This document shows, piece after piece, positions 1 through 11,900 of a stretch of DNA of 64,000 nt. The DNA is from Coniocarpon cinnabarinum (Eukaryota), in the NCBI GenBank assembly GCA_051942205.1, contig JAVECO010000100.1, positions 1 through 64,000 on the forward strand, in the 5' to 3' direction. A program made the translations under genes and the position numbers. Numbering within the stretch: the stretch's first letter is position 1; each line of letters starts with the position of its first letter. The notes under the pieces are model-generated. The model saw nothing but the letters and a program-made list of their open reading frames with translations, searched no databases and was not told the origin of the DNA.

Positions 1-472
1 CCCCATCTCGATCCTCACCACCAATCTCATCAACACCCCCCTCCTCATTAATAACCCTCTGTACTCTCCTCCCCTTGATTCCCTTCAACCGAAAAGGCGC
101 CAAATTCCGCCCCATACGTGGCAATAACTCCCTCCACCTCCTCACCCCCTCCATCTCCCTCTCGGGAACCAACCTCTCCACTTCAGGATCCCAATGGAAC
201 ACATGCAAATCCGCTTCTCCCGGACCTGATGTCGTCGAATTGACAGCCGCGTCCACGAGACCATCCCGAAAGGGATCAGAGACGTAAAACCAGATCCCAC
301 TGCGAAGGGAGGAAGAGAGCGTAGCGCTGGCGAAGACAAAATGCCAGCCGGGTTCGAGATCTTTGAGGCCTTTGAATTGGGCCGTTGAGGTGAAGGATTG
401 GGTGTCGATGCCGACCAGGGCGTTGGGGGGAAGGGATGGGAGGAGTAGTGTGGGTGTGGGTGTGTAGGACAT
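1..472 (-). CDS. AAR2: AAR2 (A1 cistron splicing factor / U5 snRNP assembly factor), 5' part; continues beyond the left edge
   Basis: ATG at 472 opens a stop-free minus frame to the window edge, so it is absent from the ORF track: MSYTPTPTLLLPSLPPNALVGIDTQSFTSTAQFKGLKDLEPGWHFVFASATLSSSLRSGIWFYV...LHVFHWDPEVERL. This matches the AAR2 N-terminal pattern GID-xxsf-t-xxF-G-K-xxpG-HF. Confidence 0.88.
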   Translation of the reverse strand, partial: MSYTPTPTLLLPSLPPNALVGIDTQSFTSTAQFKGLKDLEPGWHFVFASATLSSSLRSGIWFYVSDPFRDGLVDAAVNSTTSGPGEADLHVFHWDPEVERLVPEREMEGVRRWRELLPRMGRNLAPFRLKGIKGRRVQRVINEEGGVDEIGGEDRDG

Positions 473-759
473 CTTCTCCGGTCAGCTCGCGATGTGAGCT
501 TCTTCAATGACGTGGACTGATGCAGTATTATTCCTTGGATAGTGAGTCCCGGGCGTTCATAGTGAGTGTTGATGAATTGGCATCGAGGTGGCGAATGTGG
601 CTTCGTCCCAGACGTATTGAGGATTCAATTTCGTGGCCAAACTTCTTGCTTTGGCGTCTTTTTGCAGTGGATATCCGTATGACGTGCGAACATCGACCTA
701 TCTGGCCATCTAAAGATGATTTGGAGGACGACGAAGGTGGCAGACTAGGGATACACATG

Positions 760-767
760 TCACGTGA
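760..767. promoter_or_regulatory. TCACGTGA E-box (Cbf1/bHLH-type site) about 290 nt upstream of AAR2
   Basis: Perfect palindrome GTCACGTGA in a short promoter region; function is inferred only. Confidence 0.35.
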
Positions 768-1119
768 TGTGCAAGTGGGAGTGAGTGGCGAGAACGGAAG
801 ACAGCGCCTAAGTTGAGCGAATGGAGAGTGTAAGTGAAGAATGGGCGTTTGAGTATGGTGTAATGCAAGACGCTGTATGGATAGATTTGGATTGAATGTA
901 CTTGGGTATCTCGCTATGCTAGAAAGCCTCCCTCCCAGATGATGCGCCTCGCTATGCTAATGAAATATCAAATTCCCGTCCCATCACTCTAATACCGACT
1001 GGTTCTTGACCACATGACCACTACTTCATCACTCCTCCCATCATGTCCTCTCGTCTCCTCTTCTGGGTCCTGCTGAAGTCTTCGCAACGCCACGCCTGCC
1101 GACCTCTTATCACATTCCG

Positions 1120-4100
1120 TTACTTATACTCGTCCTTCAATATCCAAACAGCCCGTCCACCGGCTCTGCCGGCTCTGGCACCAACCCTTACCCTCTCCGG
1201 CTTTTCCATCCTCGCAATCGTCTTCAGCATCTGATGAAACTCTGCAGTGCGTTGCGGATTCGTGCAAAACCGATTGAAATGATCCACCAGCATCTGCGTA
1301 AACACTCGACCGCCGTGCGTCTTCAGGTAATCACGGATCATACCCATGAACTCTTTCCCATGCGGAAGACTGTCGCCGCGGTCAGCGGTGCGACGCGCGC
1401 CGTCGTTTTGGTGGTTCTGCCTTTGAGACAGGTTAGCGAGGACGTTGGCGCTGGTGGGACCGCCTCGACCGCCACGTGAACTGCCGCGATTGGAGATTCC
1501 ACCGCGTGAAGGGGCGCCTGAGCGGCCTGCATCGCCTACTTCGCCTGTCCAGGTGACGGTGCCAATGGGTACGTTGCGGGCTTCTTCGCCGGCGCGACGA
1601 AGTTCATTGGCGGCTTCGGCAGCGATTCGCTTGGCCTCGCGTTGGATTGTAGCCGGGTCTGCAAGAACTTTGCCGGTGACGGGGTCGCGGCCATTATTGG
1701 ACGAGGAAGCAAGAATCGCGTCGTGGTTGAGTGTTATGCTGACGCCAGACTGTGAGAGCAAAGAGTCGAGGAGATGGTTTTGCGGTGGTTTGGGAGGAGT
1801 CTTGTCGCCGGTGGCTGTAGGTGGCTCCAAAGTAGTGCTAGTCGATTGCTTGGAGTCCTCGGATGGTGCTCGGAAGGCCTCTGAACGAGCGACACCCTCG
1901 ATTGCAGATACTTCAGCGTCATGATTCTGTAAGTCTTTGTCCACGCTTTCAGTGCCGTCCTGCAACGTACGGCTCTCGGCGCCCTTGAACATGTCGCCTG
2001 TCTCAGTTCCAGACTTTTCCATCCGTGGATCGTTCAGGGAGAATAGGTCTTGAAGACCTTGCAAATGGAATGTCTGACGTTGCTTCGGGTCTTTTAAGAT
2101 CTTGTTGGTCAGGAATTGTTTAAACAGCTGCCGATGGTAGATCTTCTCCTCAATAGTGCCAGCCATCATCAAACGATAGATCATGACCTCTCGCTTCTGC
2201 CCAAGACGCCACGCGCGCTCTCGCGCCTGCACGTCAGTTGATGGATTCCAATCAGGATCGTAGATGATGACACGATCGGCACTGGTGAGATTGACGCCCA
2301 GCCCGCCTACCTTCGTAGTCAGGAGAAATACGTGCATTGAAGGATCCTTGTTGAAGTCATCGATCATGTCCTGCCGTTCTTTAATGGGCGTGGAGCCGTC
2401 CATCCTGCAATAGTTGACACCAGGCAGCTTCTTGATCAATCTTTCAAGAATGTTCAGCATGATGCGGTGTTGTGCAAAGAGCAATGTCTTGTGCCCATTG
2501 CGAACCCACAGCTGGAGCAACATCTTCACGACCGTCATCTTTCCAGATTTTTCCGGAGCGCCAAATGGATATTCTGACTTGTGAAAGAGAATCTTGTGGT
2601 CCATGAGATCCGGATGATTACAGATCTTGCGCAAGATGTCAATTCCCCACAGAGCATTGCGTCTGCCACTCATAATCTCATCCTTCTCTCTTGACCCAGT
2701 AAAGCGCTGATACATGTCCAATTGGAGCGGCGTCAATTTGCAGAACAGGACTTGCTCGGACTTGGTAGGAAGATCCGCCGCCACATCGCTCTTCCAGCGT
2801 TGGAGCAAGTAGGGACTAATCGCATCTTTGAGTGCCTCGGCGCAATTCAGAGCAGTTTGGACCTGCAAATTCGAGGCATTAGCGTATCCGCCTTCGCGAA
2901 TGGGCACTTCGAAGTTGCGTCGAAACGTCAATAGATTTCCAAGGCGCATGGGAAAAACGAAATCAAACAGCGACCATAGCTCAATCAAATTGTTTTGGAT
3001 GGGCGTTCCAGACGTGATGATGCGGTTGTGAGTGTCAAGAGACTTGCAAAAGATCGATATGTGGCTGTTCGGATTCCGAATCTTGTGTCCTTCATCGAGC
3101 ACGGCGTATCCCCAGGGGACGTTGACAAGGATGTCACCGTAACTTTGCAAGCCAGCATAAGTAGTGACCAAGACATGGCCCTCGTTTACGACACGGTCCA
3201 CGATCTTCTTCGCCGCTTTCGTGACATTTCCGCTCCTCCGTGGTTTACCTTCGCGATCCCACAGCTCGGGTTCGTCATCGATGCGAGATTCGCGGTTGAT
3301 ATTGATCATGCCCGAGCCAGAGCTATGGAGGATGGAGACGCGGAAGGGTGGCCACCAGGTATGGAACTCGTTCACCCACTGCTTCATCACGGTCGCCGGA
3401 CAGACGATGATGATCGGTTTGTCGTACTTCTTGGAGTAGTGTAGTCCGGCGAGAAACGCAATGACCTGGATAGTTTTCCCTAAGCCCATCTCGTCACCGA
3501 CAATGCCCCCGACCTGCTGCTGATAGAGCTCCCAGAGCCACCTTACGCCAGTCTTCTGGTAATCAAACAATGATGGATATACATCACCAGGAACGCGGAA
3601 GCCGCCGTCGAACTCGGCGTCTGCCCTGGTGGGATGTGGTCGATACCATTCGGCTTCGTCCTGACCCTCTGCCGGATTTGCCGCCGCTTGCGCATCGCCC
3701 TCGATGTTGCTGTCCGCAATTTCTTCTGCTTGGGAGGTCCGCTTCTTTTCTTCGGCGTTCCTACGCGCCGCTTGACGACCGCTTGTCCATCTGTCCAGTC
3801 GGGCTTGGTACCAGGATTCTTTGCCGTCGTCTATGCCAGTCAGCTCTTCAGCACCGCTGTCTGCTGGGCTCGCCTTCGACTTCTTGGCTGAAATGCGCGT
3901 TCTCGCCACACTGGTAATCTCAGTCGCATGAGCGAAGCTCTCAGATTCGTCCTCGCTGTCAGCGAAATCATCCTGCGCTTTCAAAGTATAGGACGCATCA
4001 GATGCGTCTTCGTTGGTCGGCTCTGCATCATCGGAGTAGAGCTTGCGCTTCTTGCGAGGTCGTGTCTTCACTGCTTCAGCGGCTGAGTCTGCGGCGCTCG

Positions 4101-4908
4101 AAGCTTCGTCTGCAAAGCCTGGCTTGAGAAGGTTGACGTGCGATTTAGGACCCGATTGTGTTGCAGGCGCGTCTTCATCGCTTCCGTCTTCCTCTTCGAC
4201 GTCGGAGGCCTGCTCAGCATCCATCATGACCTCTCCAAGATTGCTCGACACGTGGACCTCGCCTAGTCCAATCTTCGAAAACGGCGTAATCTTCCCAGTG
4301 CGGATCAAATATTCTCTTCGAGTTTCGCCGGGTCTTCGCTTATTACTTGTCTCGTTGACTTTTGCTCCGTCCTCTGCGTCATGATTCTGCCGGTGTCTGC
4401 CAGCAATGCGCTCCTGTATCTCCTTCAAATCTTGGTCGAGGGCAGCGATCTTCGAATCCAGCTCATTGATCTCAGACTGTGTACGACGATTGTGGGGATT
4501 GGCTGCTTGACGATCTTTTAGAGAGCGGACTTCGGCCTCCAACTTTGCCTTGGTAGCGAGAGTCTTCTCTATTCGCTTCGTATCACGTTCGTCGGCTTGC
4601 TCGAGAATCATCTGATCGGCTTGACGACCGACAGCATCCTCAAGGTCTTCTTGGCCGCGCACGTTTGCGCCAAGGGCTTGTAGCTGCGCTGTTTCGGAGG
4701 TGTTCGAGGGTGTTGGTGAGGCATCCGGAGCGGCGGCGCTGCTCAGCCCTGGCGTGTTTGATGACTGTGGGATATTGTCTGCTATGGCATTAGTTGTGCT
4801 CGCTTGAGCAGCGTTTGCGGGGGGTAGTGTGTCGGTCTGACTGGGCGAAGGTTCGATATGAGGTGCCGAACCCCACATGGGTGGGTTGGGGTGTTCCGAC
4901 GCACTCAT
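1120..4908 (-). CDS. RAD26: SNF2-family DNA repair helicase Rad26/Rhp26 (CSB/ERCC6 ortholog)
   Basis: Single 1262-aa ORF with GDEMGLGKT (motif I), LDEGHKIRNP (II), SGTPIQNNL (III), DPDWNPSTDVQARERAWRLGQ (V/VI), the CSB-type LIRTGKITPF motif and a C-terminal PTWTG-like (VTWTG) motif. Confidence 0.97.
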   Translation of the reverse strand: MSASEHPNPPMWGSAPHIEPSPSQTDTLPPANAAQASTTNAIADNIPQSSNTPGLSSAAAPDASPTPSNTSETAQLQALGANVRGQEDLEDAVGRQADQMILEQADERDTKRIEKTLATKAKLEAEVRSLKDRQAANPHNRRTQSEINELDSKIAALDQDLKEIQERIAGRHRQNHDAEDGAKVNETSNKRRPGETRREYLIRTGKITPFSKIGLGEVHVSSNLGEVMMDAEQASDVEEEDGSDEDAPATQSGPKSHVNLLKPGFADEASSAADSAAEAVKTRPRKKRKLYSDDAEPTNEDASDASYTLKAQDDFADSEDESESFAHATEITSVARTRISAKKSKASPADSGAEELTGIDDGKESWYQARLDRWTSGRQAARRNAEEKKRTSQAEEIADSNIEGDAQAAANPAEGQDEAEWYRPHPTRADAEFDGGFRVPGDVYPSLFDYQKTGVRWLWELYQQQVGGIVGDEMGLGKTIQVIAFLAGLHYSKKYDKPIIIVCPATVMKQWVNEFHTWWPPFRVSILHSSGSGMININRESRIDDEPELWDREGKPRRSGNVTKAAKKIVDRVVNEGHVLVTTYAGLQSYGDILVNVPWGYAVLDEGHKIRNPNSHISIFCKSLDTHNRIITSGTPIQNNLIELWSLFDFVFPMRLGNLLTFRRNFEVPIREGGYANASNLQVQTALNCAEALKDAISPYLLQRWKSDVAADLPTKSEQVLFCKLTPLQLDMYQRFTGSREKDEIMSGRRNALWGIDILRKICNHPDLMDHKILFHKSEYPFGAPEKSGKMTVVKMLLQLWVRNGHKTLLFAQHRIMLNILERLIKKLPGVNYCRMDGSTPIKERQDMIDDFNKDPSMHVFLLTTKVGGLGVNLTSADRVIIYDPDWNPSTDVQARERAWRLGQKREVMIYRLMMAGTIEEKIYHRQLFKQFLTNKILKDPKQRQTFHLQGLQDLFSLNDPRMEKSGTETGDMFKGAESRTLQDGTESVDKDLQNHDAEVSAIEGVARSEAFRAPSEDSKQSTSTTLEPPTATGDKTPPKPPQNHLLDSLLSQSGVSITLNHDAILASSSNNGRDPVTGKVLADPATIQREAKRIAAEAANELRRAGEEARNVPIGTVTWTGEVGDAGRSGAPSRGGISNRGSSRGGRGGPTSANVLANLSQRQNHQNDGARRTADRGDSLPHGKEFMGMIRDYLKTHGGRVFTQMLVDHFNRFCTNPQRTAEFHQMLKTIARMEKPERVRVGARAGRAGGRAVWILKDEYK

Positions 4909-7251
4909 TGTGACTTGATGTCCGCGCAGATATTAGAAGAATGTGTGAAGAATATTTGGAGAACTTGGGAAGGAGGAGCGTGGAGTCAAGAAAGTCCTGC
5001 TTCCTATTGTCCTCTATTGAATGAGGCTGGTAGGTGACAGTGAAGATGAGATGAAAGGACGTTGACCAGATGAGACATTTTTACTTGTTGATACAGGCTT
5101 CAGTACACCGTGATGCGCTATTCCTTCCTCTACCTGTAGGTCACCTCCTTCATGCGCATGACTCACAGCTTCTTCTAGCACATGTGAGGTCCTGGATGAT
5201 GTCTCGAAAATTTTAGGTGACAACTTCAATGACGTCAATCAGAATTTTACAACCCTGCCCAAAGATGCCAACCTCGACTTTCTGACAGTCCACGGCAAAA
5301 GGATAGTGAGGGTAGAACAGCGCATGCTATTTAGATATTGCCAACTTTTTGCAGTGTTTGAAGTATCGAAACCGCATCTCGAGCATGCTCTGTTTGTTTC
5401 TTCCACCGCTCAGTGACAAGACTTCTCAAAAGCTTTTCAAGCATGACAATCGATAACATCCTCCAGGCTCGCCCCGACACCGAACCTCCATCTAACCCAA
5501 AACCGCAACGAATCATCCGCACACCGTTGTCAGACTACTGCTGTGTAACTCAGGTACCTGTCAGGCGTCTTTGCCGCGGGCCGCGCGCACTGCAGCTGTC
5601 AGCGCAGATGTGCTAGCGGCAAACATACGGCGGCTGTCGCGCTGAAGGCGGATGCCTCTGCGGCCCGAGCGGCAGCGGCGGCGGCGGCGGTGCAGCACAA
5701 GTCAATGCATTAAGAACTAGAGATCCTGGAAGGACGAGGTCGGGGCTCAGTCCGGCTAGTGCTGGACGGTGGGAATCTTGGGGGTCTTGGGCGCTGAGTT
5801 GGGAATGGTATAGTGATGGTGCGGCTAGTCCGTGCTGGGGACCTCGACGTACGTATGAGATACGGAGGTACCTCCATCCTCCTCTATGTGTCGAAGGTAG
5901 TCCTTAAACGTAAATCGTGGCGCTGTAAGAATACTAGTACCGAAGCGTCGCTGTCTGATCACCTTCCGAGCACAAATTTCGTCTAACCACTCGCGGCCTC
6001 CACGCCATCTGACAAGGTCAAAGCTGAGACTTTTATGCTTCCACCTCTTGCAGCGGCTGTCGCGCTGAATGCGGATGTCTCTATCACGGCTCAGGTGGAA
6101 TCTAGATGCAAATTGGAGGAGACTTCTACATATGCTTCGTCTGCTTTGAACTTCCTCCGCCTCCCCCACCCACCATCCCCTGGTCCTTTGAGAGTTAGTG
6201 AAGCACTAGCACCGAGACCGAACGCTCGGCAACCCATCGAATGGACTGCAAGCGAGCAGCAGCCCTTGCTCGGGTTTCTGTCATGGACGCGTCGGTCCGC
6301 CTGACTGCCGGCGTGCTGGACTGAACCTGCTAGGAAGTCCTCAGACAGCGAGACCAAGCCGCGTTGGGCAACTTTTGACCTAGGGCCCCAAGGCTCGTCT
6401 GAGCGCCGTCGTGTAACTGGAGGCGCAATCGTTATTCGAGGTCGAGCCGCACGCCGCTCGTCTCGTGCCTCCCTGTATTCTGCTCTCGCATACTAGTCTG
6501 CGAGCGCGTCTATACGGAATAGAAGCGCGGAGCTTGTTTGCACTTCCACGTCTCCCACGCCGCACCCACCGTCAAGGACGAGGGGACGCCTATCCAAAGT
6601 CGCAGACTATTACAGAGGTTCTACCATTAATATTACTCGCACACCTATAGACTCCGCTACCAGAACAACAAGAACGCGCGAGAGAACAGCTTTTCCTCTT
6701 TCGGCCTCCTGCCCTCCCGGCCAAGCACACCGGCCGGAGTAGGCACAAGACTACCGCTAGCTCACGGTCCATGCTTCGCGTGCGCTCTCGTCGGGAGCGT
6801 CAAACGCCGCGTCAAGCTGAGAACCCTGTGGTAGGTAGCTGAAAGCACAAATAGACCGGCTTGCGCCCGCACGCATGCTCTGTCTGCACTTGTTGTTGTT
6901 GCCCTCGCTCCCAGCTCCTGTCCATGCGCATACTCTGCCCGTCCCATGGTCCTCACCCAGTCACCACTTCGTATCGCCTCGACATTCGTCCCGCCCGCCC
7001 CTTGGGTATATTTCTCTCATGACAACGAGCGTCTGCTTTACTCTTGCATCACCTCACCCGAGTAGTAGCAAATTTTAAAATCTGCCCACGAAAATCAGCT
7101 CTTACACGCCCTGCACCACACCTTTCCACACTCGCCCCTCCGCGCGAATCGCTCGGCATGCGCAAGCTCACACGCCTGGAGACCTCTTCCACGTCCGTGG
7201 TACAAACGATGAACACAACACTCAAACTTCATCTGCAGAGACATAACATCA

Positions 7252-8980
7252 TCAGCTTCGGCCCTGTTCGCCTTGGTGATTGGTGGGGTTGGGCGGCGCC
7301 GCAGCGGAATTTTGCAGAGGTTGCTGCGTGCTGGGGTGCGCATACATCTGATTAGGTGGTTGTTGCCCGTACGGACTTGGTGGCGGGTAGTTGGGCTGAT
7401 ACGGCACTTGGCCGCCGGGATACTGGGGCATGCCCTCCATTCCCGCTTGTGCCTGACCGCTGTATTGACTGGCCACTTGGCCGCTGGCAGGAGCGTAGCC
7501 AATCGGTGGCAGCTGGCGAACGCCTCCTTGGCCATATCCACCTGCAGACGCGTGCTGAGGCTGGCCTGCACCGTCGGGGCCAGTTGTGTGAGGTCCGTCA
7601 GGATGCTGGGGTTGCTGCTGAGCAGCTTGCTGACGTGCTCGCTCTTCATCGGCCTTGCGTTGATTCTCTTCCTCTTTCTTGCGCTGTTTCCACTCTTTGC
7701 GAATTTCCTTGAATTCTATCCATGCAACAGTCAGTACGAGTTGAGCACTGGATCTTCGTGAATCCACTACTCCCAGAGACCGGCGCTCAATAAGCCGACT
7801 GCTCGATACTGTTCGCGCCAAGATTTGAAAACGGTAACGACAGCTGCGATCTGAGGTTGCAAAGGACGAGGAAGAATTTGGAATCAAGGGAAAACATGAC
7901 AGTCATACCTTCCGGAGTTCGCTTTGATCCATGCGACTGCATGGTCACATGCGCGTTCAAGTGGTTCAACGTCCCATAAGCTTTCTCACAACCATTCCAT
8001 CCACACTTGTACATCCTCTCAATCTCTTCGTATCGTCTTCGTGGTCGCTTTTGCTGATGAGTGCCAGGAATCGGCACAAAAGAGTAGACGGTTGAAAGAG
8101 GATGACCACCCTGTGGCCTGTAGTTATAACCCTGCTCATAGAACGCGTTAGAATAGATACTTACGCCAGGAAGCCGCGCTCCGGCAGGCACTACATTGGA
8201 GGGGGGAGATACCGAAGTAGCCGCATGACCGTATGGAATAGGTTGATGCGGGGCGCTATAGGGCGGACCATTGTAGTCTGGCGGTCGCGGATACATGGGT
8301 GGCGTCTGATAATTCATGTGGTGTGAGTCTGGCGTCGGGTAGGGGGAATAATGATGCTGCGGTGGATATGTTGGGCTCGACTGTGCGATCGAAGGATCTA
8401 CGGGAATTTCAGGGTTAGTTGCTGCTTGGGACGGAGGACCTTGCTGCGCCTGCATTGCTTGCCCTGAGTTATTGGAGGGCATGGATGACGGACTTGTCGG
8501 TTGTGCCATATTTCCAGTCGCGCCGTTTGGCGTGCTATTGCTGCCTTGCTGGTATCTTTGCGACCCGTCCGGATACCCAGTACTTCTATTGAGGTAAGAA
8601 TCTGGGAATGTGCCCGATCGCGCCGACTGTGGGTTCAGGCTATAATTGGAGTCTGGTGTGGCTGGGTTATACTTGACTTCCTGGCCAGGTGGAAAATGGG
8701 AAGCCGAGTTTGGATCTGTCAAGGATTGTACCGTTTCAGAAGCTGGTTCTAACTGAGGCGCATGGGACGAGGGAGGGTCTACTGGAGGGGACGATGTTTG
8801 AGGTTCAACCATACCCGACTGTGAGTACTCGCTTGGCCTGGCGTCCATTGAGAAGGGTGGTTTGTTGTGTTGTGGCTTCTGAGACGCGTTGTTTGACGCG
8901 TAGCTACCCGTGGACGAGACGGGAGTAGGGTAACCAGTAGTGGTGGTCGCTAAAGAACTGGACGGATAGCTTGTTGTCAT
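7252..8980 (-). CDS. con7: C2H2 zinc-finger transcription factor, Con7 family
   Basis: VYSFVPIPG..QKRPRRRYEEIERMYKCGWNGCEKAYGTLNHLNAHVTMQSHGSKRTPE joins to EFKEIRKEWKQRKKEEE through intron 7716-7908 (GTATGA..CTGAC..TAG). A second intron is at 8111-8164 (GTAAGT..CAG). A possible in-frame intron follows SEYSQSG near 8.81 kb. Confidence 0.9.
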
Positions 8981-11900
8981 GCTAGGGCACAGGCCTAAAC
9001 AAATACCGTCGATGGTCTTTCACCCTAGGGGCCGCGCGATCTCGTGGGTGATGGGGTGGTAGACCGAATTCGACTCGGAACGGTGTCTTCTAAGTACCAC
9101 CGCGGCAGATTTTGCGCCAGTACAAGCTTGGGCGTGCAATTGTTGTTTTTGTGTCCTTTGAGTGCAGACGCGCGTAGCGTACACAGCGACTAATCTGATG
9201 GCTAAAGAGACGGCGGACTGCTAGCTCGCGTTTTGTCGCAGAAAGCCTCGGCTCCAGGATGCGCCGGCAGACGGGCGATCAACAAGTATATTAAGGAGTA
9301 GAGACGCTAGAGCTGCCGAAGCCGAGAATGCAATGAGAGCAGATTGACGCTCTAGCGTCACATTCAATCAGCTGTCACTGACTTCGAGCACAGGAAAATC
9401 TTGTACGTAGTATTCCGATGGCGAAAGGAGGTCGAAGATGGCCGTCACACCCAGCCAGTGAGAGATCAGCTTCTTCTCAGACCAATGTGGCAAGACCGAA
9501 CTCGATGAGCTGTAGACTTTTCGCCAACAAGGTCCCAACAACTCTGACTCGCTATTGAGTTTGATCGATGGAGCTGGGTGATGCGCAACGCGAGTTTGAT
9601 GCCAGGATTGCGCCGTGAACAGTCTCGTAGGAAAGGGAAGCAGCTAGCTACCGGTGCTGGGTTTGCGATTTGAACGCTAGGAGAAAATGGCCACGGCGCC
9701 AAATTCTGAGAGGCAGAATCCGAAGCTGTGGTTGGGTTGTAAACTCAAAAAAAGCTTGGACTCTCTGCAGACAGGTTGGTCGGAGCGAAGGCCCAAAAGC
9801 CTCGCGAATCAGAGGCGGCAGGTGAATGGAATGGCGATCACCTGGCTGTAAGCTTCAAAGTGACCAGCGCAGGCGGGATAGAGTTCACAGACACCTCTGC
9901 ATGCAAGGATGATTAGAAACACAATCTGGCAGGCGTATGATTGATGCAATGCGCAAGAGACAAGCGACGTGCTTGGGTAGCTGGCCGATAGTCGACGTAA
10001 CGCGGCAAATAATGTAAGCCGAGCCAACTGCTATCCTGGCCCCAGCGTGCTGCGCTATTGGTCAACGTCTGCCGCAATTGTCCTTGCCGGCGGCCAATGC
10101 AATGGCTGGAAAGCTCTGAAAGGCAGGACACGGTGTTGCCACCAATCACAACTGTGCGATGGTGGTCGTGATTCGTGTGGCGTGTCTCTGTTAGCCCCGA
10201 GGTCCAAAATTTTGATGATGCGATATTCTACCAATGTGGTGGCGGACACCTTGCACGTCTTGCACAGGACTCTGCACAGGGCGTTGGATCCCGCGATTCG
10301 GTCAGTGCGGTCTTGGTATTCAAGCGAGATTGCAGAATGTCCAGAACGATTTTTTCCGAGAATATGTCTGGGCGTGATTGATTGTGGAAGGTCCAGAGGC
10401 GCACGGTCACAGCCGAAGCTCTTGGGACTGAGGCGGTGACCCGAGTCACGCAATTTAGATTGCGGTTCTCACTACTCAACAGCCGAAGCGAATCGTATGT
10501 CCCGGCTAGGGTACGTAATGGTGGAGCAGATGGCGGTCAAGCGGCGGTCGATCCAGGCAACTGATAAGAGGCCGTAGCTGCAGGGGCGTGCTTGTCGACG
10601 AGAGACAGAGGCGAGCGCGCAGACCGGGCCGTTCAGCGAGACTCCGGACGTACGTGGCGTGGGTTTGCTCCCGTGGAGAAAGAGACACAGCAACGGACTT
10701 GCGATCTGTTCCAGGGAGAAGACTGTGGCAGGGAGCTGCTGGGCACGCCCGATGATTCAGCAACGCGTTTCGTCGCTTGCAGTGGTGTCGGCGGTTGTCT
10801 GAGACCCACGCGCTCGAGAGTGGCTCGTGTGTGGGGAATGAGGAAGGTGTAAATGACGCGTGGAGGTGCGTGCAGGCTCCGTGTGTTGTTGGTTGACACA
10901 GTGCAGCGGCTCACATCGAGGCAATGCACGGCGGCGCTCACAGCTGCTCCGGCAAGGCGGTGAGAACGAGGCAAGCAAGCAGTGCTGGAGCGGGGGTCAG
11001 TCGCGAGTGGAGGGGACGGGCATCCAATGGATACGAGGTCGGCTCGTGGTGCGGATGATGGAGGAGGAGGAGGAAGAGGGAAAAAGCAAGAGAGTTCTGG
11101 GAGGGGGTAGTATTTTGGGGTTGCGGTGTGGGAAAGTGCCTGCGGGGATCCAAACCCTCCCAGCACTCTCGGACACTTCGCCGCCACAGGCTGGCACTTT
11201 GCCGCGCACGAAAGGGCATCGTCGTCCGTGTTGCGCGCGCGGTCGTCGGGTGCTCTGTCTGCATTTTGGCAGTGAACGAGTATCGACTTTGAGATTTCAA
11301 AAAAGGCTAGCGACACGGCGAAGAGGCGCTAGGGCCTTAGTCTCGCACGAGGCTCAATTGCGATCTCAATCCCTTAGTGTGCCGTAGCGGGGGCCTCGAG
11401 ACCCTTCTGCATTCCTCCCAGATCTACTCCCTATACTGCTTCTCAATGCCTCCAGCTAACCAGACATGGCAAATATGCGCCTACAGGCCGACCTCTGATC
11501 TGTGGTACCGTTCAACCTCCTCCCCATACAGACTGTCGGGTCAGATCGGGCGTGTGGACTAGTCTCAGGGCACTGCGATGCACTATTTTGTACTGAGGTG
11601 CCAGTACACGGACCTCAATGTATGTGAGCTCACGTTGGTATTCGGCGGCGAAGCTTCTTTCACGTTTGTACACATGAAGCAGATATATCTTGGAAGCGCG
11701 TGCCACCAAGAGCTGTGCACAACTGTCCAACACAATCTTCAGATACTTTCCAACGTGACAGAAGACTTAGCGTTGGTCGTTGTTCTCTTCTAGGTTACAG
11801 GTTGCTTCTAAATACATGGCAAGTGTGCAAGAAAGCGGTGCTCAAGTGCATACTTTTGATGTCCACAAACTTCCTAAGCTGCACCTTGCGAGAGCGGCGG

